A stretch of 64,000 bases of DNA from Takakia lepidozioides. Taxonomy: Eukaryota; Plantae; Bryophyta. Positions 24,082 to 36,794 of the stretch are shown here, one piece after another. Made by a program: the position numbers and the translations under genes. The notes under the pieces are model-generated. The model was not told the DNA's origin. It did no database searches and saw only the letters and a list, made by a program, of their open reading frames with translations. The stretch lies in the NCBI GenBank assembly GCA_030704615.1, contig CM060732.1, forward strand, positions 69,006,001-69,070,000. The letters are read 5' to 3'. Each line of letters begins with the position of its first letter. Within the stretch, counting starts at the first letter, position 1.

Positions 24082-25059
24082 TTAAGCTCGTATGTAGACA
24101 CCCTCCACATGTCTCAGGCCCCAACCATTTGGGGCACCAGCCAACTCACAAGTAAAAGAAGGTAGAGGGGTCCACATCTTATAAGTGGTGTGATATACGA
24201 ATCCTGTAGAAGGGTCCTCTGTCAGTAGCACACAAAGCCGATCTCGACATCCAAAGCATTTGAAATGATTTTTGAACTGTGCATTGGGAAAGATGATTGT
24301 TGTGTCGGACTCCGTTGTCCATTGATTCCTCTCACTATCCAGCTTCAACAAAATGAGGCGGTTTGTGTCACAAGGCACGTCGAAATGACCCTGCATAAAA
24401 AAGATGTCATTGCCAACACAGGCAACGACGTTCACCTTTGACAAAAAGACGTCCTTCTCAGCGGGTCCAACGCATATGGGTAACTTGGTCCAAACCTTGG
24501 TATTTGTATCATAGGCACATACCCCAGTAGCAAAGGGCTCTAGGAAGTTTGTGAGAGACCTCGACGCATTGTAGTCTCGCATTGGAATTATATACAAGGA
24601 TCCATTGAGGAAATCCCCATGACCATCAGGAAATAGTCCGAAAGGGATGTTAGCTACACCATGTGTCCAAGTTCTCAATGTGGAATCGTATACCGGCAGC
24701 ACTCTTGAAGCGGGATCGATAAACCCAGGGATCAGGATCTTATAAGATATCTGGTTTGATGCATCGGAAATCACCATTTGAATCCTTGGGTGTTCAGGAA
24801 AGACTGTAGGTACTGGAGGGAGCACATCCCATGTACGGTTGGAGGAATCATAGACACGAAGGGAGAGATTATAGCCATGAAATTTTGAAAAGCACAGTAG
24901 ACATCCAGCTCCAGTCAAACAAACTGCATTGTGGAATCCCTCTGGGAAAGGGATGGATTGAAGGAGCTGCCACGTACCCAACAGGTGATTGAAACCAGCC
25001 AGTTCCAATGATGATTCGGACGTGGCCCAAGAAACAATGGGGAAGCACACTGTCTCCAT
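24082..25059 (-). CDS. F-box-associated/kelch-like beta-propeller protein, 325 aa, no visible F-box (copy A, intact)
   Basis: GCLLCF...VYDSSNRTWDVLPP, SYKIL, VYDSTLRTW, FLNGSLY, AYDTNTKVW, LDSERNQW: repeat pattern typical of plant F-box C-terminal domains. Confidence 0.8.
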   Translation of the reverse strand: METVCFPIVSWATSESSLELAGFNHLLGTWQLLQSIPFPEGFHNAVCLTGAGCLLCFSKFHGYNLSLRVYDSSNRTWDVLPPVPTVFPEHPRIQMVISDASNQISYKILIPGFIDPASRVLPVYDSTLRTWTHGVANIPFGLFPDGHGDFLNGSLYIIPMRDYNASRSLTNFLEPFATGVCAYDTNTKVWTKLPICVGPAEKDVFLSKVNVVACVGNDIFFMQGHFDVPCDTNRLILLKLDSERNQWTTESDTTIIFPNAQFKNHFKCFGCRDRLCVLLTEDPSTGFVYHTTYKMWTPLPSFTCELAGAPNGWGLRHVEGVYIRA

Positions 25060-26177
25060 TTCCGCTCCTCAAGCTTATAAGGCAGATGGAGACAATGAAC
25101 AAACCTGGTTCCATGCGCATAGTAAGTTGAGTAACATAGGCCCTTAAGGAAACCCTCACATTTGCAATCAAAATACAGATTATCCAACTATAAAATGCGA
25201 ACAATAAGTTAATGAATTCTCATTATGCAGAGGGTTGATGTGGCTCATTTTGCAATCAGAGAACTCATCACCTGGACTATAGGACCAGCATAGTAGAGTA
25301 TGATCAAGTAAGTCTTAGTTCAATTTCACATGTACATTCAGAAGATGATCTCGGCTGGTTTAAAAGGACTTGTACATCACATGCATTAGAGCCTGTCAAC
25401 ATTCTCTGGACAGAAAGCAACTAGCTTACAACCCAAACTGTGAGAGAAATTCTCTGGCCAGTTGTGCAAGCGAATTGGCTCTAAATGGAAAAGTGGTGAC
25501 TACCCACCTTGCCGGCCAAACATCACTTGTGGTAATAGCATGCATAAACTTGCTCGGTAGATAACCTGCCTTCTCCCATTCTCCCAACACGCTCGGTCTA
25601 TTCCGATCCTAGATCTAATATAGCAAGAAATTATCTATCACCATCAGAGAAAGAAATAACCTACTCGACGCTCACATCGATTGGTGGTCGATATTGGTCG
25701 ATGCTTGATGCTTGGTGTCTTTCTGAGCCCATTATCTATCTCCCGCTCTAAGTGGAATACCAGTTCCTTCTTAATGTTCCGCTCGATGACGACCACCGAT
25801 AGGTGGATGGATTGCTGAGTCCATGCGCATCACTAGAGTTGTGTGGATCGCTAAGTTTGCTCAAAATCTTCCCATACAACAGTGCACCTCTTGACACACA
25901 CATACTCACCAAAGTAACCAGTCATCTATTGTTTGATTCAAACAGATATCCAACCAAGTACTCAATCTACTTTGGGGATCAATCGCTCAGGTACAACATT
26001 ATTACCTGCTCCAAATACAAAATCCCCCCTGCAAAGTACGTATTGCGTATGTGAGTGGTGCAGGATGTGTAGAGACAGATAACACGGCACGTCTTGCTGA
26101 AAAGGTACTCAACAAACAACCCACTGCTCTCCCTTCGTCTCCTGCGCCATTAGCATTGCAAGCTAAGGAGGGAGAGC

Positions 26178-26184
26178 TTATATA
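26178..26184 (-). promoter_or_regulatory. TATA box of copy A
   Basis: GGCACTATATAAGCTCTCCCTCC is conserved in both arms. Confidence 0.7.
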
Positions 26185-28482
26185 GTGCCTGTCATCGCTC
26201 CTAGGCTGAACACTCTCGACAGCTGCGATGAATCTGAACCCCTCATCTGAGTGAGTGTGCCCCATGAACGGCATCTAATAAACTTCTCACTTCTCGAAGA
26301 GCACACCGCAGTTCTCCCCGAGGTGCTGTGGAATCTTGTCACAATAGCGCCGAACTATCCTCTCAAACTACTTGCTCCAGGTCTGACCATTATGCCATGG
26401 CGAGCAGATGAAGGCCTCGATCCCTAGTGTTGTAGCTCCTTTTGTTATTATGTGTCTTTTCATGTGCATGGCATGGCTCTTGTGCATGGCCACCTTGGGG
26501 TAGTTGCTCCCTTGCTCGTGAAAGCCTTCGTGGCTCATTGACCCTACCGTTCTCTTCTCTCTGTTAACAATATATTCAGATTTAAGAAGAGATTAAATAC
26601 TTTTTCATGCTCTTTTTTTTATTTTAACAGGTGACTTTATTTGGGATTTAGTTTTTCCTGGGAATTATGCAGAGGGGGGAAGAAATTAAAATTTTCCTCC
26701 TTTGTCGTTAGAATATATGTTATGAAGAAATGACAAGGATGCATCCATTTCAGGGGCCTCTCTGAAGGCTGAAATTTGAGCTCCTTAGTCTACCCAAGAG
26801 TCTCACAACATTACGGTTTGCTTGGACCACGATGTTCCTTGAGACCCACATGATCTCCAATTTCGTTGGTGGATTGATGACCACTTTGTCAAACGGCAAG
26901 TCTGGATGAGTTTTTTTAATCCATATGGCCAGTGGGCTGTATGGGTTCATATGGGGAAATAAAAAGTGAAATTGTCCAAGCAACCTCCAAAAAGGTGCTT
27001 TTTTTCAAAACGGAAAATATAATATAATATAATGTCTAAAATCATTACCAATGTTAGTAATATGCACTATTATTATTATTATTATTATTATTTAATGGAA
27101 CAGGGCCGGTGCCCTGATGGAACTTTATTAGAATTATTGGAAGGGAACAAATTGAAATAGTTTCGAAATTTTCTAGTGTGAGCACATTTTCATTTCACCA
27201 TACTAAATACATTCTTTGGATATTCTCTAAAATATGTGGAACACGTGAATATGCCCACACACAATAACCCTGGCAACCTCTTACTACAAATCCTCCTCTT
27301 CTTTGAGTAGCAATGATCGCTTTTTCACTTACTAGGGTGTCTGTGCCTTATGGTGTACTGGAGGGTTTTAAACTTTTTCCCTCTAATAATCCCAAATAAA
27401 GTTTTTCTCAGGGCCTCTGTCCCCTGTTATTTAAAGTTTATAAAAAAGAGAAAAAAACATAGAATCAAATCAAGGTTTTGGGTTCAAATCTTAGTAGCGT
27501 AAGCTGTATTGGTCGTTCACCTATATTGGTCGCTTTATATACAACAATATGAGGCTTATAGCAATTTAACGCTAGTAGAGCTAATATTTCATTATTTTTT
27601 ATTTTCTTTTGTAATATTTCATAATAAAAAAACCAAATAATGTACCCATTCGCTAAGTGTGAAAACATCTTATCTATCTAAAAAGTGCAAAATTTGAAAG
27701 GCTGCAAAAGAGATTTGGAAAGGTAAACCTTAAGACTGTTTTCCAAAATGTACAATAACCCAATATCTTTTTTTTAATGAATTTAAATATTGTTTGACAA
27801 CATTTTTGAAAAAACTCATTAAATATCAGACAAAACAAAAATAACTTCTTCCTAAATGCACGATTTGAACATAGAAACAATAGTATGGATGCATATAGCC
27901 TGCTCTAGTGTTTTGAATTTTTAATTTCGTTGAAATGACAAAAAATTACGATCACATCAATACTGTGCCACTAACATATTTCAACAACTTTAAGATTATT
28001 TTTAAGAATTGTTGCTTAATAATTTTTGTATGGAACCAGTTTAGAAGGCTTGAGAATTTGAGATTTATTTATGCTAACTTTGATAGTTGTCATTTCTTTA
28101 TAATGAATTCTCTAACAAGAAAGAAGGAAAATTTAAATTTCCTTCCCCTCTCAGTTTTTTTTTAAATAACCCAAATAAAGTCTCCAAGGCTCCTTCTTCT
28201 ATCCTATCTACTAAGAATGTTTAAGAAATTAAAAAAAGAGGAGGAAAACATATTCAATTTATTTCTAATTTTGAATATATTATTAACAAAGAGAAAAGAA
28301 CGGGACAGTTGGGACGGATAGTTAGGGCAGAGCGATCACAAGTTGTGAGAGGATTCCTCGGCGGGAACGGTGGTGTGCTCCACACTGCGAGATGTGTAGT
28401 AGATGCCGTCCATCCGGCAAAGTCACTCAGATGAGGGGTTCAGATTCATCGCAGCTGTCGAGAGTGCAGCGAGGGGAGGCAC

Positions 28483-28489
28483 TATATAA
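28483..28489 (+). promoter_or_regulatory. TATA box of copy B
   Basis: Same context as copy A, followed by a putative first exon ending GGAGCAG|GT at ~28659. Confidence 0.7.
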
Positions 28490-29656
28490 GCTCTCCCTCC
28501 TCCTTCGCTTGCAATGCTGATGGAGACGAAGGGAGAGCAGCGGGTTGTTTGTTGAATACCTTTTCAGCCAAAAGGTGCCGTGTTATCTGTCTCTACACAT
28601 CCAGCAATACTTACGTGGAGGGCAATTGATCTGGAGAGGGGATACTGTATTTGGAGCAGGTGTACATGAGCGATTGATCCCAAAAGTAGATTGAGTACTG
28701 GGTTGAATATCTATTTGAATCGAATAATAGACTGGTTACTTTGGTGAGTACGTGTGTATCAAGAGGTGCACTGTTGATGGGAAGATGTTGAGCTAGTAGA
28801 CTTTGCGATCCACACAACACTAATGATGAGCATGGACTCAACAATCCATCAAGCTAGCGGAGGTGATCGATCTGTACATTAAGTAGGAGTAGGAGTCCAC
28901 TTAGAATTCCACCAAGCGGAAAATAGGTAATCGGATAAGAAAGCTACCCAGCAATATGGACCACTAATCCATATGAAGGTCGAGTAGGTTCTTTCTTTAA
29001 TTGTGATAGGTATTGTTTGCTATGATATCTAAGGTTGGAATAGAGACCGATCATGTTGGGAGAAGGCACGTTATCTATCCAGCAAGTTCATGCGTGCTAT
29101 TTCCCAAAAAAGATGTTTGAACTTTGGACAAGGTGGCATGGGTAGTCAGATTAAAAGCACTTTCCCGCTCAGAGCCAAATCGCCTTACGCAATTGGCCAA
29201 AGAATTTCAGTCACAGTCTGGGTTGCTAGCTTAGGGCTACTTTCTTTCTGTCCTCAGAATGCTGACAGGTTCTTATAATTCATTCATGTGATGTAGACCC
29301 TTTAAACCAGCAGAGACCATCTTCTGGATGTACATGGAAATTGAATTAAGACTTAATCACACTCTACTATGCTGGTAAGTGGTCTTATTGTTGGTACTGA
29401 ATTTCTTTCATTAATTCAAAAGGAGATGGGCCACATCAACCCCTCATCAAACCTCTGCATAATGAGAATTCAAACTTAAAAGCTGTTTGCGTTTTATCGA
29501 GGTTTTATCGTGGGATTGAATATCAACTCTGATTTGTGTTTTGATTGAAAAACTTGATAGGTGCCTTAAGGGCCCATGTCACTCAACTAACTATGCTCAT
29601 GAACCAGGTTAATTTGCACATTGTCTCCAGCTGCCTTAGATTGTGAGAGCGGATCC

Positions 29657-30636
29657 ATGGAGACAGTAATTTGCTTCCCCATTGTTTCTTGGGCCACGTC
29701 CGAATCATCATTGGGACTGGCAGGTTTCAATCACTTGTTGGGTACATGGCAGCTCCTCGAATCCGTCCCTCTCCCTCAGGGATTCCACAATGCAGTTTGT
29801 TTGGAGTTGGATGTCTCCTCTGCTTTTCTAAAAATAATGGCTTTACTCTCTCCCTTCGTGTCTATAATTCCTCCAATCGTACATGGGATGTGCTCCCTCA
29901 ACCACCATGCCGGTCATCTGAACAACCAAGGATTCACATGGTGATCTCAGATGCATCAGACCAGCTATCTTACAAGATCCTGCTCCCTGGCCGGTTTGTC
30001 AATGGCGTTTCAATGATGCTAGTATATGATTCCACATTGAGAAATTGGACACGTGGTACTGACATCCCTTCAGGACAAGTTCATGATGGTCAGGGGGATT
30101 TCTACAATGGATCCCTGTATATTCCAATGCGAGACTACAATGCGACCAGGCCTCTCACAAACCTCCTTTGTGAGCCCTTTGTTACTGGGGTATGTGGATA
30201 TGATACAAATACCAAAGTGTGGAGCAAGTTACCCACATGCATTGGAGCCGCTGAGATGGACACATTTTCGTCCTCCAAGGTGAACGTCGTAGCTTGTGTT
30301 GGCAATGACATATTTTTTGTGCAGAGTCATATCGATGTGGCTCGTGGTACAAACCACCTCATTTCATTGAAGCTGGATAGTGAGAGGAATGAGTGGACAA
30401 CTGAGTCCGACGTAGTAATCACCAACGCACAGCTCGAAAATCAATTCAAATGCGTTGGATGTCAAGATCGTTTTTGTGTGCTACTGACAAAGGACCCTTC
30501 TACAGGATATATATATCACACAGCTGACAAGGTGTGGACCGTGTTACCATCTTTTAGTTGTCAGCAGACTGGTTTAAATGGTTGGGGCATGAGACATGTG
30601 GAGGGTGTCTACAATATAAGAGCTTACTTACAGTAG
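29657..30636 (+). pseudogene. Paralog of 24082..25059 (copy B) with a 4-bp deletion frameshift near 29800
   Basis: METVICFPIVSW... in one frame continues as GVGCLLCF... in another. Copy A reads GTTTGTTTGACTGGAG, copy B reads GTTTGTTTGGAG. Confidence 0.8.
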
Positions 30637-33600
30637 TGCGGCGTCCCAACCACTGGGTCCAAATGTTTGGGCCTTTTTCTGCTAGTGCCGTTTCTGAAAC
30701 CGGTTCACGAATTAGGAGTATTTGGATGTGGACCCTTAGAGTTTCCACAAGCGGAGAAGGATTGTGTTAAGATTGCATATAAGACAGTGAGAAATATGGT
30801 TTAAATGGTCTTTATGTTTTAACAGCACATGATAATATGCTGCAACATTTGGCATAGATACATTTGGAATATCAATTGAGCTGATTTGTCATGTGTTTAA
30901 AGGAAGGCAATTTAAGAAGGCGTTTATGTAGACAAATTAAATACAATGTATATCATAAGATGTAGAATCCAAATCATGTGGATTGAGCTCTGTACACCGA
31001 CATAATAATGAGTACATATGTAGACATCCTCCACTTCGGCTTGGGCGGCCTGAGCCGGATCCTCGCCCCCCATGGGAAGCGCATAGGTCTATGTTACTGA
31101 CTGGAGCTTCCATGTGCTGTGCCGGATTGACCTTTTTGGGTACAAGTTTAGCACTTTATCGTATTCACCACATTTAGATGTAATAGTACTGCAATCAGGC
31201 CCATCATGTAGATGCATATATGTTACAAATAGAAGTCGATGTTTTGTCTCATTTTCTTTCTTTTCCTGAAGAGATAATATAGCCACATAAATAGTCACTT
31301 ATATTTTAACAGTGAATTATCATTTGGCCGAGGTACAATCTGCATACTTTGTAATTCCAGGTAGTGCGATTGCACTGATGAGGTAGCTAACGCAATGTGC
31401 TGTGTATGTCTGATAGGTCTTGAGCAACCTCACTTGTTCTCGATATATATCAACAGTATGCATGATAGATCAAGATATGTGTTTGTTATAAGCTTTAGAG
31501 TGAGCTTGTGTATATATGTGATTATCCTGCAGTGTGTCGTTATTGGGGATTGGGGGTTGCAAGGAAGCGTATCGGTCATGTTCTTGCCTTTTCTAAACTA
31601 CTTTCAAGATCTATATTAGTTGTCTGAGTCCTCATTTGCTTCTACGCTCAGGTGAGGCTCAAACCCTGCGTGTACTTATCACCGGCTCATGTAACAGTTG
31701 AGATGGCTGAAAATTCAGCTGGTGTGTAGTCCCCCTTCATAAGAGCACTCTACTCATTCGTAAAGTTCTTGGATGAAATATTACTCAAAATATGGCTGGA
31801 ACACATGATAGAAACTAGAGATAAACATAAGTGGTAAAATGTACTGCATGGAGAGGAAGAATAATCAGCTCGATTTTTCATACAAGATAAGAATTTTTGT
31901 CAGCTGCAATATGGAACCCTTCAACGATTTGAGCAGACTCTGATCAATGAAGAACATTGGAGGACCTGTTGGGAATCTGCAAGCAAGTGCCCTACAGATG
32001 TACCTTGTTCCATGGCTGTGTCCGAGGAGTTTGTGGCACAGATCCTCTGATTCCACCTCCAATCGCACTTCATAGCCAAGAATTCAGTCCTCTGGACATT
32101 AATCTCACTGCACAGCATCCAATGAGAATGACCACCTGCACATGTATACAGTGTCCGAAATGCTCATCCGTCGCGACAACTAATTAGTTCTAGCGCAAAG
32201 ATTCATCAATGTAGTAGTTATGGGCTTTATCCACTAGCCTCACTTGGCTACATGCCCAGAGAAGAGCTACATACATGTGCTCATTTAATAGAATCATCCG
32301 GGTTGAAAAAGATCTTGCCCCATCCGTTCGCAGAGTTGGTGGGCCTTCTACCTACACACCCATGTTGCTGAGCAGGATGCCATGAAACCAAGTACATTGT
32401 TCTTGATCAGCCGTGGTATCGTGATCCCGGATAGATGTGGGATAAAGATATAAACTGAGCACGGCCATCCAGCATGCCAAGAAATAGATGGAGTATTACC
32501 AAGCAGAGGAAATGAAATGAAATGAGTTGAAACAAGATTTGAGCATGTTGTATACGATTATGCAACTGCCTCTCTTTCATGGTGGTGTACACTGCCACCT
32601 ACAATATGATGCTTGGCTTGGATTTTCTGAAAATGTTTGGGGCTGTGGTGGACACGGAAACAAAACTATGAGGATCAGATACTGGCCAGGAAAGGCTGTC
32701 GCTCACTTTTCGCTGCACAATATCAACCAAGTGGAGTGCGGAGATATTGAGAGGGAAGGTAAGATATTGATGAAAGGGGTGCAGAAGCATAAGCAAGATG
32801 GCCAGGAACAAATCTTACCACTGCACATCTCCTGGATTTGGAGAGAAAATTAGTTATTTCTGTTATCAAATATAATTATCTTTGTAAGAAAATAATTAAA
32901 AATAAATTAAGAATTTACTAGGTATACTGTTGCAAAATACCAATATAGCTTTCAGGTGAGTTTTTGGGGGGCCTATGCTGTTGTCAACCCAAGCGACCTG
33001 ATTTGGATCGCTAAATCGGGTAGCCGCCTTCGGGGGAATCTTTGCAGCATCCTCAGATGCTGTCAGATGGGATGCTACCCTCCCTCTCATCCCCTCTCCA
33101 TCCAAAAGAAAACCCTAAAATAACAAAATAAAGCATGTGACATGGGTGAATTTCCACCCAAAATCACTCAACTTTTAGGGTTGGAACTTGGAAATCACCC
33201 ACCCTCACACCTACCCTACCAACTGCCACACCCCTGCCTGACTTCATATCTCCTAGTGTGGGTCCCTTAGTCAATGCTGCACAGGCCTAAGCTTTTCTGG
33301 ACAGTTTGACCGATTCTAAGGAAATTGGACATGTGCAACACTGCAAAGATACAAGGATGCCGCATCCCCAAAAAACCCTAAGGCCGGTGTTTACACTGCG
33401 CCGAAACGAGCGGCTAAAATGCGATGGTGGTCAATGATTGGACGAATTTCAAGTTTTGGCCGGTGGATGGTTTAGACATGGCCGGTCTAAGATAGAAGGA
33501 TGTCAGACCACTTCTAGACTTAAGTGGAGGAACGAGTTGCATATAGCAATAAAATAGTTTAGGTTATGACTAAAAAGATGAATACTAAAACTAAATAAAT

Positions 33601-34239
33601 AAAATTATTAAAATATATAGAAGTAAAACTATTAAATATTATTAGAATCATCAAAAAGTTATTAATATGTACGAATTAAATCAACACATATTTAATATTA
33701 ATAATAATAATAAAATTATTCAAAATTTAACTTTTATACAATCAGTCATTTGTATCTACACAATACTCTTAAACATGTAACAATCAAGTATGTTATATAT
33801 ATATATCACACCTCATTCAGTCTCACTTTCATCTAAAGATCGGACATCTAACAATCTGATTCTAATCTATTTTTTTCTTTCTACTGTAATTAATTAAGAG
33901 AGTGGGACTATAGGCAACATTGTCAAAAACTGCGGAAGATGTAGAGATATGTTGGAAGAGGCTAAGCGAGATCATGAGAGACTTGAAAATTCAAAAAAAA
34001 ATAAAAAATTCTAAGAGAAATAAAAAATATATAAACTACTATAATATCAACTTTGGTCATTATATTTATGAATCATATATACTGGTATGTACCGACAAAA
34101 TTGGTAGGTTGTCATCATTTATTATAATTAAAACAAAATTTTATTTTTGATAAACGTTCATACATCCATTCGTAATGCACTGACATTTTTTTTTGAAATA
34201 AACCTTTACGTGTTAAAAATATAAAAATATTAAGATATT

Positions 34240-35960
34240 ATTTATAACTGTCCTTAGGAGGAGTCCTAAGGAGTCCTAAGTGGGGGAAATGGAAATATGT
34301 AAATTATTATTCATAATTGCCCTTAGGACTGCTTAGGGCGGCCCTAAAGACTCCTAAGAGGGGGAAAATGAAAACATATATATTATTATTTATAATTACC
34401 CTTAGGACTTCTTAAGACAGTCCTATGGAGTCACAAAAAGAAAAAAATGGATAGACATAAATATTTGCCCTTAAGACCCATGTAGACAGCCTAAGAGATT
34501 ATATGAGGGGGAGAATGGAAACATATAAATTATTATCTATAATTGCCCTTAGGACTACTTAGAGCGGCCCTAAAGAGTCCTAAGAGGAGGAAAATGAAAA
34601 TACATAAATTGTAAAAAAAATAGAAACATATACGTTATTGTTTATAATTACCTTACGACTGCTTAGGATAGTCCTAAGGAGTCCAAAGAGGAAAAAAATG
34701 GAAAGACATAAATATTTGCTCTTAAGACCCATTTAAGCAACCTAAGGAATTATAGAGGGGAAAAATGGAACATATGATTATTATCTATAGTTGCCTTTAG
34801 AACTCCTTAAGACTGCCCTAAGGAGTCCTAAGAGGGGAAAATAGAAAAATATAAATTATTATTATAATTGTCATTAGGTCTCCTTAGGGCAGTCTTAAGG
34901 AGTCCTAAGAGAGGGGAAAATGAAAACATGTAAACTATTATTTATAATTATCCTTAGGGCTTCTTAGGACAGTCCTAAGGAGTCCTAAGAGGAAAAAAAT
35001 AGAAAGACATAAATAATTGCCATTAAGACCCGTTTAGGCAGCCTAAGGGGTTATAAGAGGGGGAAAATGGAAACTATAAATTATTATTTATAATTGCCCT
35101 TATGACTCCTTAGGACGGCCCTAAAGAGTCCTAAGAGAGGGGAAAATAAAAACGTATAAATTATTATTTATAATTACCCTTAGGGCTTCATAGGACATTC
35201 CTAAGGAGTCCTAAGATGAGAAAAATGGAAAGACATAAATAATTGCCCTTAAGACCCATTTAGGCGACCTAAGAGGTTATAAGAGGGAAAATAGAAACAT
35301 ATAAATTATTATTTATAAATGCCTTAGGACTCCTTAGGGCCGTCCTAAAGAGTAATTATTTATAATTTCCCTTAGGACTCCCTAGGGCGGCCCTAATGAG
35401 TCCTAAGAGAGGGAAAATGAAAATATATAAATTATTATTTATAACTATCATTAGGACTCATTTGGGCCGCCCTAAAGAGTCCTAAGAGGGAGGAAAATAA
35501 AAATATATAAATTATTATTTATAATTACTCTTAGGACTTCTTAGGACAGTCATAAGAGGAGAAAAATGGGAAGACATAAATAATCGCACTTAAAACCCGT
35601 TTCGACAACCTAAGAGGCTATAAGAGAGGGAAAATAGAAACATATATATTATTTTCTATAATTACCCCCAAGATTCCATAGGGCGTCCTAAGGAGTCCTA
35701 AGAAGAGAAAAATTGAAAGATGTAAATTATTATTTATAATTGCCCTTAGGACTCCTTAGGTCGCCCCTAAAGAGACCTAAGAATGGGAAAATAGAATGAT
35801 ATAAATTATTATTTATAATAGCCTCATAAGAGGGGGAAAATGGAAAGATGTATTTTATTATTTATAATTGTCATTATGACTCCTTAGGACGGCCCTAAGG
35901 AGTCATAAGAGGGGAAAAAATAAATTGTAAATTATTATTTTTTATTGCTCTTAGGACTTA
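34240..35960 (+). repeat. Tandem array of ~75-80-bp palindromic units with ABC higher-order structure
   Basis: Consensus AAATTATTATTTATAATTGCC-CTTAGGACTCCTTAGGG-CGG-CCCTAAGGAGTCCTAAG-AGGGGAAAATGGAAACATAT; roughly 20 or more units. Confidence 0.95.
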
Positions 35961-36794
35961 TTGCTCTAGCTATAATCTAACGACGTCGCTACATAAATCA
36001 ACTATCATTCTATCCAACCAGTCAATTATCATTCTATCCATTCAATCATTATCCATTACAATCATATGTTATTTTTACATATTACATAATAATTTATTCA
36101 AATCACTTTATATCTTATCATTATATTTTTATATTTCAAAATTAAAATCTTAAATATTTATATGATTTATATGCATTTATTTATTTGAACATAATATTAT
36201 GTATTATATATTATAAAATAAATATATTATCAATTTATATGATGCTTTCAATGTCAGATTGATCATTCCAATTTAAAACTAATCAATCAAGTTATCAATC
36301 ATATTACATCTCAAAAACTTCAAATATTTCAAATATACTATTTATATTAGCGAATTTATTTAACAAATAATAATTTAAAATACATATGTAATAGTATAAT
36401 ATGTATTAAATACTTTAAATAAAATCAATATATAATATATAATGTATAATACTATATTATATCATGTTTTCAACCTCAGATTTCATCATTTCAATAAATT
36501 CAAAATCCATTCAATCAAATTGTTTATCATATTATATTTCAAAATCTTCAATTCTTTTAACCTTTATGATTAATCTTTAAGGCGTTTGGGCCAGAATTTT
36601 GTATGCTATAATGGATAGCTATAAGGGTTCGAACCCCTATACAATTTTTATTTTTTTGAAAACCAGTGCTGAAACCAGTCCATATTCATATATTGTATAA
36701 TGTGTATATATCCATATGTATACATCAAATATGACATATATAATATTGATCGTAATCTGATATACCAATTCAATCCATGACGCAATAAAAAATT

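Larger units (their letters stand above)
23730..30985. repeat. Large diverged inverted duplication (arms ~23730-26700 and ~28130-30985)
   Basis: 3' UTR, CDS, 5' intron, first exon, TATA and upstream blocks all match as reverse complements; AT-rich ~1.4-kb spacer. Confidence 0.93.

Noticed and set aside
26547-28302. Separate MULE/foldback element between the F-box-like genes
   Set aside because: The inverted ends are continuous with the larger inverted duplication and no TSD was found.
31860-32860. Cluster of short ORFs suggesting a decayed gene
   Set aside because: No recognisable motif in the frames I read; cannot be supported without a search.
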